The translations under genes and the position numbers were made by a program. This document shows, piece by piece, positions 1 to 12,340 of a DNA stretch of 64,000 nt. Each line of letters opens with the position of its first letter. Within the stretch, counting starts at the first letter, position 1. A model generated the notes under the pieces. That model saw only the letters and a program-made list of their open reading frames with translations, was not told the DNA's origin and did not search any database. The DNA comes from Cyanophora paradoxa CCMP329 (Eukaryota; Plantae; Glaucophyta), in assembly GCA_004431415.1 (NCBI GenBank), contig QPMI01000428.1, positions 434,001-498,000 on the forward strand, written 5' to 3'.

Positions 1-103
1 GGGCGGCGAGGTCAGCGCCGCGGCCGCGCGCACGACCGGGCTAGCCCTAGCCCCGGAGGAGCCGGCCGCCCACGGCGCTCGGGGCGCCAAGCGCGCGCGC
101 GCG

Positions 104-2423
104 ATGGACAGGCTGGAGGGGCTGCGCCTGGCAAACCTCGCCACCGGCGGGCGGAAGGGGCGCCCGCGCGGCGCGCCCCGCACGAGGAGCGCGCCCGCCG
201 ACGCGGGCCCCCGCCCCCGCCCGAGCCCGCCCTCTGCGCGCCGGCGCGGCCGCTCAGCACGAAGAGTACGCCCCCGGCCCGCCCGCCCGCCCCCCGCCCT
301 TCGCGCCTGCCGTCGCCCGATCTCGCGCGGGTCCGCCGGCAGGCCCGTTCGTGCGGGCGGAGCTGCGGGCCAAGCACACGTTCGGGTTCCCGTCCTTCGG
401 ACCGGTCCGCTGGGACGGCCAGACGATCTTCGTGCGCCGCGCGCCGCGCGCGCCCCCTCGCTCCCCCGCCGGCCCCCTCTGCGTGACCGCCCACGACTGT
501 ACTCCCCGGCGCAGCTGCCCGGGGGTATCGTTCCAGAAGGGATGACGGGCCCGCCGGCCCGCGAGGCCGAGCTCTACGGCTCCGAGCTGGGCCTGGGGCT
601 CGCGCCGCGCCCCGTCGCCACGTGGGCCCTGCGCGCCATCGAGGGGGCCTTCCTGGGGAACCCCGCGGGGCCCCGGCACGCGGCAGCGGTGGCCATGCTC
701 TCCATGGCGCCCCACCGGCACGCGGCCCTCGCCTACAGCCTTCCCGGCGGCGGCGGCGACGTCGACACGCGCTACCTCGCCGAGGTCGAGCGGCCCAGGG
801 TCCGGCCTCCCTCCCCGCCCCGCGCCCCCCGCGCCCGCGCCGCCCCGCCCCGCCGAGCCGCCCGCGAGCGCAGGGCAAATTCCGCCCCCTCGTCGAGCCG
901 CTCCCGCCCGGCTGCGCGAAGGGGCAGGAGGCGAGGCACGACTTCGTGATGGGGCGCGAGTCGGACAAGTCCTGCCTCCGCTTCGGCACCGAGGTGGCCG
1001 CCGTCCACCTCCCCGGCCTCTTCGCGGAGGGCGAGGCCGCCCGGCGCCTCGCCGCCCTCGTCGCCTGCGGCGCCCCTGCGTTTCCCTTTGCCGTCAGAGG
1101 GGCCTCGAAGCCCCACGAGAACGCGGAGCTCGTGCGTCCGTCCCCGCTTCTTGTTCTACCCCCATCCCCCCCCCCCCCTCCCCCATCCCGCCCCTCTGCC
1201 CCCCCCTGGGCTCATTCGGGATCGGGCGGGCGCAGGACGAAGCGCTCCTGGAGGCGGCGGCCGAGGCCGGGCGGGCGGCGCTGGAGACGGGCGCGCTCGA
1301 GGTCATGCGGGACAAGCTGGCGGAGCTCGAGCGCGAGGGCTGGCTCACGCGGCCCGCCCCGAACCCGAAAAAGCGGGCCCGCAAGGAGGGGGAGGGCGAG
1401 GGGGAGGGCGGGGCGGACGAGGTGCGCGGCGAGCGCATCACCACGGGCTGCCAGCGCCTCAGCGCCAAGGTCCCGACGCCGGTGCGCCCCCGGCCCTCTC
1501 TGAGCCTCTGCATCTAGACCTCGCCTTTCACCCCGCCCCGCCCCGCCGCAGCCCGTCCACCGGCCTCGCGCCCCTCGCTCACGCGCCCCTCAGGTCGTGC
1601 TCAACATGCAGTTCGGGCCGGATCCGAACGCGAACCGGCGGCTGCACCTCTTCAACTGGTACCTCGGGGGGGTCCTGGAGTACCTCTTCCCTGCGCTCTG
1701 CGCCGTCAACCTCTTTGCGGCGTGCCAGATGGCCCGTGTCGCCTTTGCGCTTCTCGAGCGGCAGCCGTACAACTACGGTCCGCCCCCTCGAGCCCGCCCG
1801 CTCCCGCCTCCGCCTCCGCCCTCATGTGCGGGGGGCGCGCAGGCTTCTGGTCGCTCCATTGGACGAACGGGCCGGAGAGGTGCGCCCGAGCGCGCCTCGG
1901 GGCCGCCGCGAGCGCCGGCGCCGGCGCTCACGTCGCCGCGGCCGGGCCGGGCAGGGTCACGCCGCCGCACCGGGACGCGAACGACGCGCGGGAGTCCTAC
2001 GCGGCGCTCATCTACTTCCACCGCGACGGCGACCGCGACGCGCGGCTCCACCGCCTCCGCTTCCCCGCCCTCGGCATCTCCATCGCCGTCCGCCACGGCG
2101 ACGTCGTTTTTATCAGGGTCGGCGGGGGCCCCGGCGGCCCGGCGGGGCGTGGCGTGGCGGGGCGGCGGCTGACGCGCGGGCCCCGGCCCGGCCCCGGCAG
2201 GGGCACTGCCTGGAGCACGGGGTGTTGGAGGACGACGGGACCGAGGGCCGGTGCGTGGCTGGCTGGGGCGCCTCCCCCTTCTCTTACGGGCCTAATTACA
2301 ACCGTCCTCGTCCTCAGCTACTGTATCGTCCTGACGCTGGGCAACAACCTCAAGGTCGACGCCCCGGGCCCCGCGGCGCCTTCGAATTCCCGCGGCCGGC
2401 GGCGTTGCCGCAGGGGCAAGTGA
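104..2423 (+). CDS. TET/JBP-family 2-oxoglutarate/Fe(II) dioxygenase, multi-exon; 5' end uncertain and may lie upstream of the window
   Basis: Spliced C-terminal exons read NYG|FWSLHWTNGPER|VTPPHRDANDARESYAALIYFH...LRFPALGISIAVRHGDVVFIR|GHCLEHGVLEDDGTEGR|YCIVLTL. This gives HxD, a distal H and a final-strand R, with the N...HRDxxD and L.FP.L...v..GD pattern of the TET/JBP clade. GT..AG introns join the frames; stop TGA at 2421-2423. Upstream exons include a basic NLS-like PKKRARK. Confidence 0.72.
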
Positions 2424-3490
2424 CTGCGTCTAGATCTCCCTCTAGATCTAGCGGCGGCCCCGAGCGGCGCAGCCCGGCCTGACCCCGGCGGGGACGCCTG
2501 TTTCTAAATTTCTTCTCTCGCTTTTCGCTAGAAGCTTAAAGCATCATCCTCTCTTCTTTCCACCTCTTTCTTTCGCTTCAGCTGTATACCTATACGTAGT
2601 GGATTCCAACGCCTCTTTCACTTTTGCCGGCGCCCCAGATCAAGATTTACAATCATTTGAATTTGAGCTAAGAGCGTGAATTTCGCTAATTGGCCCCGCC
2701 CTGCAGCTGGTCTCTAGCCTTTCGAGCAAGCTTTTGCTTCTCCCATCAACTATAACTAGAGCTAGTCGCCAGGTCACTGTAGTTTTAATTTAGCAAGACT
2801 CTGAGATTCAAATGACGAGTCATTGACGACAGGTTATACTTCTGTTCTTTTTATCCTGAAGCATAACTATAGGCCTGATCATGAGGTCTTCAAATTTAAG
2901 AACGCTCATCCAGTGATTCAAATGATTGCTTGACATCGATGATGAACGGCGTTGATACTTCAATGTTGTTAGTAAGTAATTATATAATTACTTACTAACA
3001 ACATTGTCGGGCCTCGACGGCGGCGTTGCCGCAGGGGCAAGTGATTCAAGATTGCGTCTCCCTCTAGCGGCGGTCCCGAGCGGCGGAGCCCGCGGCCGGC
3101 CTGGCCCCGGCGGGGACGCCTGTTTCTAGATTTCTTCTTCCGCGTTTCGCTAGAAGCTTAAAGCATCATTCTTTCTTCTTTCTTCCCTCCTCCTTTCGCT
3201 CCAGCTGTATACTTATACGTAGCTATATATATAGTGGATTCCAACGCCTCCGAAACTCTTTCACTTTCGCCGTAAATCAAGTCGGACAATTTGAGTTAAT
3301 ATAAGAGCGTGAATTTTGCTAATTGGCCCCGTCCTGGTCGTTAGCCTTTCGAGCAAGCATTCGCTCCTATCATGATCATTCACTAGAACTAGAGATAGTC
3401 TCTAAATTAGCAAGATTCAGGTGACGACAGTTATACTTCTGTTTGTTTTATCCTGTTAACGTTGCATAACTATAGGCCTGATCATGAGGT
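2399..3490. repeat. Diverged direct duplication (~490 bp; 2399-2888 and 3019-3490) of the dioxygenase 3' end/UTR
   Basis: Both copies begin with cggcgttgccgcaggggcaagtga, share gctagaagcttaaagcatcat and gtggattccaacgcctc, and end gcataactataggcctgatcatgaggt. Confidence 0.9.
2961..3006. repeat. Perfect 46-bp palindrome between the duplicated copies
   Basis: caatgttgttagtaagtaattatataattacttactaacaacattg equals its own reverse complement. Confidence 0.97.
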
Positions 3491-4067
3491 AATCTCGCAC
3501 TCGATCGATCGCGAGTCTTTCGCGACACCGTAGTCTCGAGCTTCCGCAGAATGTGTACCATTGTGATCATGCACATGGGGCCTGGACAAAGACGTCGACA
3601 TTGTGAAACAATATATACGGGTGCTTAGAGAACAGAGGTTGGCCGCGGCGCGGCGCAGTGGGAGGCGACGTCAGGAGTCGACTCGGGACTGGCATATGTC
3701 ATGATATATATCTTCAGTGTTGTTAGTAACTTGTTACTAGCTAAATATAGCCTAGAAACTTGTTAGTAACTTGTTTAACGGTTCAAGTGTTGTTATGCTC
3801 CAAAAAAGCCTCAATGCATACCCCAAACCGGAGTCGACGGCGCCCGGCCAGGCGACAGTCCGACCGACTTGATCGGAGGCGGAGTATCTTATCTAATCTT
3901 ATCCTCTAGTCCTATCTTATCTTTGTAACTCGGAGTCGGAGCCTACCTTTTTTGTTTTTCCTGACTGGATTTCCGATTTTCAGGATCTGGCGAGTTATAA
4001 TACGTGGCTTACGTCCGACGGTCGGGCCGTCGGCGGCAAAGCTCAACGGTTAACTTGTAGTCTGTTG

Positions 4068-4573
4068 CAGTGATGCTAAACTTTCACTTTCCAAACTTTC
4101 AACTTGAAAATTTTCATGTAAATTTTCAGTAAATTTTCACCTCCAAAATGAGCAATGAAAACTTTCAATAAATTTGCAAGGGGGGTACCCTTGAAGAGGC
4201 CATTCTGGGGGCGTTTCACGCCATAAACGAGGGTCAAATCCGTCGAAATACGAGACTATGGAGGCCTGGACACATTCTGGCGGTCTCTGCTGGTGTCAAG
4301 AGACCAGAGTATGCATTTCTCAGGAACCGTACCCCCCTCCTCAACGTGAAAAGAACGGCAAAGATACATCTGCACCTCGTGCACTTGTAATACAAAGGTC
4401 GTCAATGACATCCTAACGCATATCGCTCGTGTCTGGAGGCTTCTCTGCAGAGAAACGTGTCACTTTCGCTGTGCAAGTAAACTTTGTATGGGTGAAAATA
4501 TTTGCTGAAAGTTTTCGAAAGTTTACTGAAAATTTACAGGGCATTTTGGGATAATAAAATTTCAGCAACACTG
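4068..4573. mobile_element. Non-autonomous hAT-type MITE (506 bp)
   Basis: Imperfect TIRs CAGTGATGCTAAACTTT / AAAATTTCAGCAACACTG, perfect 8-bp TSD GTCTGTTG at 4060-4067 and 4574-4581, AT-rich subterminal aaattttca/tgaaaa repeats, no ORF. Confidence 0.88.
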
Positions 4574-5865
4574 GTCTGTTGTAGACCACGTCGACGTCGG
4601 ACTGATGACAGTGTTCGATCTTAAATGAGGCTCTCCCCCAGGCATATTCAGCCTCTAGAGCACTCTAGAACCCTGGTGACTGAGCCCCAGCCCTCACACG
4701 CAGAGATACAGACCTGGACAGTCGGATTCCCAGACACAGGAGCCCGAGGCACAGACGCCTGGCTCGTAGGCACACGCTGACTCGTGTACATGGCTGCAAG
4801 AGGGCTTATATAGGCTAGGCTAGGAAGCTTCTCGAGGGGCTGGCCGACTGCGGCTAGCCTCGGAATATTCACGAATAACTAGCCCTAGAAGCTTCTCGAA
4901 CATCTAGCCCTAGCCGCCCTGTCTAGGGGTACATGATCCTGCGCTTGCTAAGGGTACATGATTCTGTATTACAATGAGTCACGCCCTGATCATGAGTTCG
5001 ATCACGATCACGAAGCTAGCGCTTCAAAGCGACCACAACAACAGCGCCGCGGTCCGCGCCGCGGCCGGCGCAGTCCTGCACGGCGGCGCCGGCCCGGCCC
5101 AGCACAGTTCAGTTCAGTCACTTCAGTGACTCCCCGACTTGCCGACTCCGGTCCTCCGGATCCCCGCGCCGGGCCCGCGGCCGCCGGCCGAGCTCCGAGC
5201 CTCCGAGGCTCTGATCCGATGATCATGAGCTCAACTGCGAACCGTTAACTTTGAACTTCCGGGAGTCTTCCCGGCGCGCCGGCGGCCGCCGGCCGGAGGC
5301 CCGGCGCTGCCGCCAGCCTGCCGGGCCGGGCCGTCACGCCGTCCGCATCATGGCATCATGATCATCCTCGGAGTCCCTGGTGACTCCCCGGCGAGTCCCC
5401 GCCGAGTCCCCGGGGCCCTGCCCGCGGCCCTGCGGGCCGTGAATATTAATCCCGTGATCGATGATCTGCTTCTCCGTCCGCGGCCGCCCGGCCGCGGGCC
5501 GGAAAGCTTACAAATTGCAATTCAAGCCCAAGAATATTAATCCGGGCCAAGATCATGGCAACTTTGGCAAGATCATCAGATTCTAGTAGGTCCCATATAT
5601 AAGTGACGTCAATTTCGTCGTCAAATGCGGAACTCGCCTAATCATAACGATTCGAATTCATAAGCCTTGAAGCACGCCGTGTGCGAGAGTAGGGCCCAAT
5701 TGCATTTCGATTGAGCCGACTGACATAATTTGCTGACTGAGGCGCGGCGGGCCGGGCCGCCGGGCGGCGCCGCGGGGCGCAAATGCAACGGGCACACATC
5801 CACCCACCACGGCCCTCCAACGAAAACGATCTCTAATCATAGCTCTGCTGGGCCCCCGCCTCCCC

Positions 5866-8769
5866 TCACCGGCGGCGGCGGATGCGCATCCAGAGGCCGC
5901 CGTCGGGGCAGATGGGGATCGTATACGGCTCGGGCCGCCCCGTGCACGCCGCGTCCATCTCGAAGGCGAGGTCGCGCAGGAGGACGGCGAGCACGAGCTT
6001 CGCCTCGAGCATCGCGAAGTGCTGCCCGACGCACACGCGCGGGCCCGCCGTGAAGGGCAGCCACGCCACGCGGTCCCGGTCCTTGCTGCGAAGGGGGGCC
6101 CGGGGGGTCAGGTCAGGCCGAGCGGGGATAATAATATCGTCTAAGATTAGATGGGAGTCGACTGGTCGGGTTAGAGTGGACTACATAGGCCGCCTAGCCC
6201 AGCTTATACAATTAGAGTCTTTCACACTGGCGGCCCGGCCCAGCCCAGCCCAGCGGAGCAATACAATTAGTCTTTCACACTTATACAATTAGAGAACTGC
6301 AGAGGCCGCCAGGCTTAGCTTAGGCTGAGCGGGCGTAGCCCAGCCCAGCCCAGCCCAGCCCAGCCCAGCCCAGCGGGGCGAGCGGGGCGCCCGATCGGGC
6401 AGGCGGACCTGGTCTCGTCGTCGAAGCGGTCGGGGTCGTACTCGTCCGGCTTCTCCCAGATGGTCTCGTCGTGGTGCAGCGTCCACATCGCCACGATGAT
6501 CTTCGTCTGCGCCCCGGCGCTCAGCCGTCGGCGGCGGCGGCGGCGGCGGCGGGGCTAGGTAGAGGCAAAGGGGGCTAGGTGTGGGTACAGCGCCGGCTGA
6601 GGGTACGGCAGGGCGCGTGCCGGGACCTAGGCGTCGGCGGCGGAGGGGGGCGGGGGGGGCTCGGCGGGGGTACGGCGCTGCCCGGGGGTACAGGGGGGGG
6701 AGGCCCCGCGGGGGAGGGGCCGACGGCGACGGAGGAGGAGGGGGGGGGGAGGAGGGGGCGCGGGCGAGGCCTAGCTGGATGGGAGGGCGGGCGGGCGGGC
6801 GGGAGGGCGGGCGCGCGCACCCCCTTGGGGATCTTGTAGTCCCCGAGCGTGTCCTCGCTCGCAGTCTCGCGCATCACCGCCGGAACCACCGAGTAGTAGC
6901 GGACTGCGGAAGACCATAAGGCGGTGGGACAGGGCGGGGCGGGCGGCAGAAGAAGAAGAAGAGACGCGAGGGGTACGCACGGGTCTCCTTCAGGACGTTG
7001 CCGGTGTACTTCATGGCCTGCGTACCCCCCCCCCGGGTCAGAGGGGGGTACCCCGGGGATCCGTTTGAATCGATGGGGGTACCTGGAGGTCCTCGAAGGT
7101 GGGGATGTCACGGTCGCCCATCACGCGCTCGACCTCCTCCAGGAGCTGCGGGGGGTACGCCGCGCTCGGAGGGGTACGGGGAAAGCAGCGCGGGGGAGGG
7201 GGGTACGGGCGCGGGCACCTTGGCGAGGACCTTGGGGTGCTGGGTGAGGGCGTGGACGGTCCAGGTCAGGAGCAGGCCAGAGGACTCGTGGCCGGCGAGA
7301 ATCATCGTCTTGGCCTGCCGGCGCATGACGGATCAGATCAGATCAGATCAGATCAGATGGGAAAGGATCAGATGTGATCTGACCTCGTCGGCGATCTGGT
7401 GATCGGGCATCTTGCCCCCGGCGACCCAGTCGCTGAGCAGATCGTAGCGCGGCTTCTGCGGGGGCGCTCAGCTGAGCGGAGTAGGAGAAAGAGGGGGGTA
7501 CGACGCACGTCTGGGTGCTCCTGAATGTCCTTGCGGCGGTCCTCGATGAGCTTTCGGACGATGCGGTTCAGCTCCGCCTCGTTCTTCTTGAACTGGAACG
7601 TTGCCGGAATCGGAAGGTACTGCGGGGCGGGCGGGCGGGCGGGCGGGCGGGCGGGCCGGGGCCGTCAGGACAGGTCGAAGCGGAGGGGCGGGAGCTGGGG
7701 TGCGGCGCACGGGGCGGAAGGGGTAGAAGATGCGGGTGTTCATCTCGTGCATCATGGAGAGGTAGAGGCGGGGGATCGCGCTGTCGTCCTCGAAGGACAT
7801 GCCGAACGAGGCCTGCGGGCGGGCGTGAGGGGCGGCCGCGCCGGGCGCGCGGGGCGGGGCGGGGCGGGGCGGGAGGGCGCGGGGGGCGCGCACGCGGCAG
7901 ATGACGTCGAGAGTCAGCATGCGGAAGTCGCGGGACACGTCGAACTTCGACGTGGCGCCAGGCGCGGGGCGCCAGCGGTTGAGCAGCGTCACGGCGGTCT
8001 GCGGCGCGGGCGCGTCAGGCGGCGGCGTCGGCTGCAGCGCGACGCCCGCTGCGCGGCGCGCACGTCGGAGAAGATGGTCAGCATGCTCTTGAGGTGGGCG
8101 GGGTCGAAGGAGCGCGCGATGATCTGCCGCTGCCGCTTCCACAGCTCGTCCTCGGCCGAGACGAGGCCGTGCCCGAGAACGGGTGCGAAGACGCTGTAGC
8201 TCCATGTGTCTTTCAGGTAGTTCTGCGCGGGGCGCGCGGCTCGGCACTCATGCAGGCGCGTGGCACGCGGCGCGGCGGCTGGAGGCGGGCGTCGGGCGGA
8301 CCTTGACGTTCGTGACGAAGATGCGGTTGCAGGAGGCGGTGTCGCACACGACGACGATGGGCTCCCACCACACGAAGAGCTTGTAGACGTTGCCGTACTT
8401 CGCCGACCAGCGGGCGAATGTCTTCCACGGTTCGCTGATCATGCTGAAGATGTTGCCGAAGACAGGCAGCCGCGCGGGTCCCGGCATCCGCCACATGCTC
8501 AGCGTCTTCCCGTGGAGATGGTACCGCTGCGACGCAGGCGCGCGACGCGTGAGCACGCAATCACGTCCCGGCGCGCTCGGCGCGTCCGACGACGCCGCGC
8601 CGCCCTCCTAAGGCCAAGAACGAACAGGACAGGTCGCCTAGACACGCGGCGGGAGGGCGGCGGGTTCCCGCCAGGCGGCGCGGCGCACCAGGAAGACGGT
8701 AACGGCGACGGCGGCGAGGCCCGCCGCCGCCGTTAGCGGCGTGAGACCGGACGCCAGGAGAGCGTCCAT
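5866..8769 (-). CDS. Cytochrome P450, multi-exon
   Basis: N-terminal hydrophobic anchor and MPGPARLPVFGN hinge; I-helix MILAGHESSG; K-helix KET|LRYY (ExxR across an intron); meander YDPDRF; haem motif WLPFTAGPRVCVGQHFAMLE; stop at 5866-5868. Start at 8769 is approximate. Confidence 0.93.
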
Positions 8770-9263
8770 TTCGTCCAGCACCGTCCGACGGGCCGGCGAG
8801 CCGAGGTTCTGTCCGGCGGTTGTACCCTGCCTCGGGAGCCCTTGACGCGGTGTGGCGCTCGCTTCGGCGCGGGCGCGCGCTTCCCGTCGGACCTGCCACG
8901 CTTGCTCGAGACCGAAGACGCGCGCCGCCCGTAACCGCTGGACTCGCCGCGCCGCGCCTGCATGCGCAGTCGAGCGCCCACTTTCCGGCTAGCTATAGCG
9001 ACCTGCAATCGCCGTGGTAGTGCGAGCAACGCTCAATCTATGTTTTAGATTGCGGCCTGCACGCGCGCGCCATCAGCGCTCGGCGCCGCCCTCGAAACGC
9101 GAATTTGATCCAGCGCCGCCCTTAGGCGTGCACTGCACTGCGGCAGCAGATGAGCGCCCCGCTGCTATTAGCCATAGCACCGATGAGACAGCAAAGCTCA
9201 ATCTCATTGATGACACGGCTCGCACGCAGGCGCGAGCGCCGCCGCGCGGGCGGCGACACTAGG

Positions 9264-10303
9264 CTACGCGGGGTTCGCGAGGAGGTAGGTCCGGAGCTTG
9301 TCCAGCGCGCGGTACCGGTGTGAGATCGTGTTCTTGATGTTCTTGTCCATCTCCGCGTACCTGCGGCGATGAGGGGCCCGTCAGGGGGACGCCGGCGGGC
9401 GGCGGGCGATGGGGCGGGGCCGGGGCCGGGGCGCGCGTCTCGTTGTAGCCGTCGGGCTGGAACACGGGATCCCACCCAAAGTCAGGCGGGCCGCGCGCGG
9501 GCACGATCTTCCCCTGCTCGATCGCAGGGCGTCAGCGCGCCGCCGGGCGTGAGGGGAGCGGTGGGGCGGGCGCACGTCCGTCCGGCCGGCGAAGGTGTGG
9601 ATTTCCTTCCCCGGGCCCGTGGTGTAGCTAAAGACGCACAGCGCGTACGCGCTCTTGTCATCAAAGCCCGCCAGCATGCGGTTCAGGCCTGCGCGGGCGC
9701 GCGCGGGCGGAGGCGGTCGATCACGCGCCGCGGGCGAGCGGCTGCGGCGGCGGCGGCGGCGGGGCGGTTCGGCTTTGGCTCTCACCGTCGTGTCCGAGCT
9801 TCTCGAGGAACCACTTGCTGCGTTGCGAGAGCGGCTTCAGCGTGTGCGGGCGTGCGGGCCGGGCGGCGCACATGTAGGGGCCGGGGAGGCCCTTGAGCGC
9901 GTTGAAGCAGAGGCAAGTGTCCTCCACGCACACCGGTCCGTTGACCTGCTCCAATGGCTCGCGTGGAGCCGCTGCGCGGTGCGCGGGGCGCGCTGGCGCA
10001 CCTCCGCGGCGGCTATCCTGCACTTCTCTCGGCTGATGTCCTCCGGCTCGCCCTGAAGCTCCGGAACTGGTGCGGACGTGAAAGCTAAGCACGCGGATCA
10101 TTTCGCGGGCCGCGGGCGCTCCGTACGCACGGTCGATCTTCTTGCTGACCATCGGGATGCTGTCGCCAATGATGGCGCAGACCTCCTCGAGCTTCTTCTT
10201 GTTGCCTGCGAGCGGATCCTTCTCGGGACGCGCGACAGTCGCTCGCGCGGCTGGTGGAGGCACCTGTGACGAACACGACGGGCGCGCGGCTCGCGGACGC
10301 CAT
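9264..10303 (-). CDS. ITPA: Inosine triphosphate pyrophosphatase (HAM1/ITPase), 8 exons
   Basis: [14 protein letters not shown]|NKKKLEEV...[15 protein letters not shown]...[18 protein letters not shown]|[11 protein letters not shown]|[17 protein letters not shown]...[15 protein letters not shown]|[19 protein letters not shown]; all HAM1 motifs present. Confidence 0.97.
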
Positions 10304-10779
10304 CGCGTGAAACCTGGAAGCCGCTGGCTTCACTGGCGAGGGCTTCACAGCGGCGCAAATGCGGCTTGACTTGCTCCGGACGCCGTTTGCAGGAGCGCGG
10401 AGCACAAGACCACCCCCGCAGCTCGCGAACATTGTACCCTAGCTATGGGCCAGACCTCGAGGCCTGGCCGGGCTCCCCAGCTGCAGCCAACGCGTCCCTA
10501 GGCTCAAGCTATGACAAGGCGAACCGATCTGCTAGAGCGCGTTAGCCTGCAGGCGGCGGAGCAGCCGCGGCAGCGGCAGATCGAATTTCGACTCTGGTGC
10601 CCGAATCGCGGCGAGCGCTGCGAATGGCACCGCTTACGAGCACGCAGCGGCGCGTCGGCAATTCGTGCACGAGATGAAGTGCTGCCTCCGTCCCGAATGT
10701 TGAAGCTTGCAACGGCGCGCAGCCCGAACCTGTCCCTGTCACGGCGACGAGCGCGTGCTGCCGTGCACTCTTCGGGCGT

Positions 10780-12340
10780 TTGAACGCGCTTCCGTGGCTC
10801 AGCGCCGCAAGTGTGGGCTCCTCGCATGCTCGAGTCGGGCTGCCGGAGGTTTCGGACGTGAGCAGCTCGGTCAGCCAACGGCGCAGCTGGAGGCGCGCAT
10901 CTCTTCGGCGGCATCCCACCGACTTTAAATCTCAACTGGCCTGCCCGCCCCGCCCGGCGGACCCGTCTCGGCCGTTCGGGTCGCTGCGGCTCGTGCTGCC
11001 GGACGACGGCGTCATCGCCCGCCCCGGCAGCTTCCTGCAGATCCGCTGGACCACCCGCGGCATGCAGAACCAGGATCGGTCCGCCCGCCCCGCCCCGCGC
11101 CCGCCGCCGCCGCCGCCGCCGCCTCCGCCGCCGCCCACGCGTCGGCTCCGCGGGCAGCTTCTTCTTCGCGCTGGTGCGGGACAGCGCGATCCCCGAGACG
11201 CTCGCCGCCGGCCCGCCCGACGGCCTCCTCCTCGCCCGGCCCCTCGTCGCCCGCATCGGCGTCGAGTGGAACTACGGTCCGTCGCCCCCGCCGCCCCGGC
11301 CCCGCCCCCGCCCTGCGCCAGCCCGGCGCCCGCCCTCACCGCCCCCCAGGGAAGCTGAACTGGTGGATCCCGGCCTCGATCCTCCCCGGCAGCTACCGCG
11401 TCTGGGGTACCCCTTCCTCATTCAATTCCGCCGCCGCCTCCGGTTCGGCCCGATCTTCCCGCCCTGCCGCGCCCCTCGAGCGTCCCGGGCTGCGGCTCCT
11501 TCGCCCTGCCCCCGGCCTGCGAGGCGCGCGCGCGCGCCGGCCCCGCCCCTCCCCGCCCCCGGACGCCCGCCCGACGCCCCTCCGCTGCGCTGCGCTCAGG
11601 CGGCGTCGGACGGCTGCGGGGCCGGGGGCGGCGGGGCCGGACGGGGAAGGGGCGGGAGGCGAGGACGTGTGCGTCGCGCGGGGCGGCGCCGGCGGCGAGG
11701 AGGCGGAGCTCGCAGAGGCGTCCCCTGCGCCGCCTCAGCTGCGGCGGCGGGGCCGGGGGCGGGGCGGGAGGAGCGGGAGGCGGCGGGGCCAGACGGCGGT
11801 CTCGCGGAGAGCGGCGGCGGCCGCCCCCTTCACCGCCCGCGCCAGCAGCGGCAGGTCCGTCAGCCTGCACGCCCGTCCATCGTCGGGGGCGGGGCGGGAG
11901 GGGGCGGGCGGGAGGGCGGGGCGGTCTCGAGAGAGAGGGGCGCCTGGCAGGCGCCTGGTGGTCCGGAGACGCCGTCAGCGCCGAGAGGGCGCGCGCGAGC
12001 CCCCGCCCGCCCGCCCGCCCCCCCGCCCGCCCGCCGCCTCGCCGCTGACCGCCCGCCCCACGCAGGTCTCGTCGCTATCGGAGTCTCGGAGCCAATCGTG
12101 ATCGCCGGCGACGGGCCGGCCGCCGCGGCCGGCTCCCCCGGCTGCGTGGCGTGCGCCGCTTCGGACGGCGGGCCGCTCGTACATATACCCCTCAACGCCT
12201 CCGGCCTCCTCCTCACGTGCACCTCTTTCTCCCTTGCGCGCGGCCGCCAAATCGTCCTCGCTCGCAAACCCCGTGGTCGTACCCGCCGCCACCGTTCCCG
12301 CCGGGCTGGTCCATACTTACGTATACCCCCTTCTGAAGTC
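10780..12340 (+). CDS. Hypothetical multi-exon protein, possibly with an Ig-like extracellular domain; ends uncertain
   Basis: Coding-like exons bounded by GT..CAG C-rich introns: LRLVLPDDGVIARPGSFLQIRWTTRG, FFFALVRD...IGVEWNYG|KLNWWIPASILPGSYRVWG, LVAIGVSEPIVIAG. No family recognised. Confidence 0.45.

Noticed and set aside
2399-3490. Direct repeats as LTRs
   Set aside because: No TG..CA ends, PBS, PPT or internal coding region; the repeat includes the end of the upstream CDS.
6338-7360. (CCCAG)n and (GATCA)n runs in P450 introns; (TA)n at ~15390 and ~16465
   Set aside because: Ordinary microsatellites; not telomeric and no further structure.
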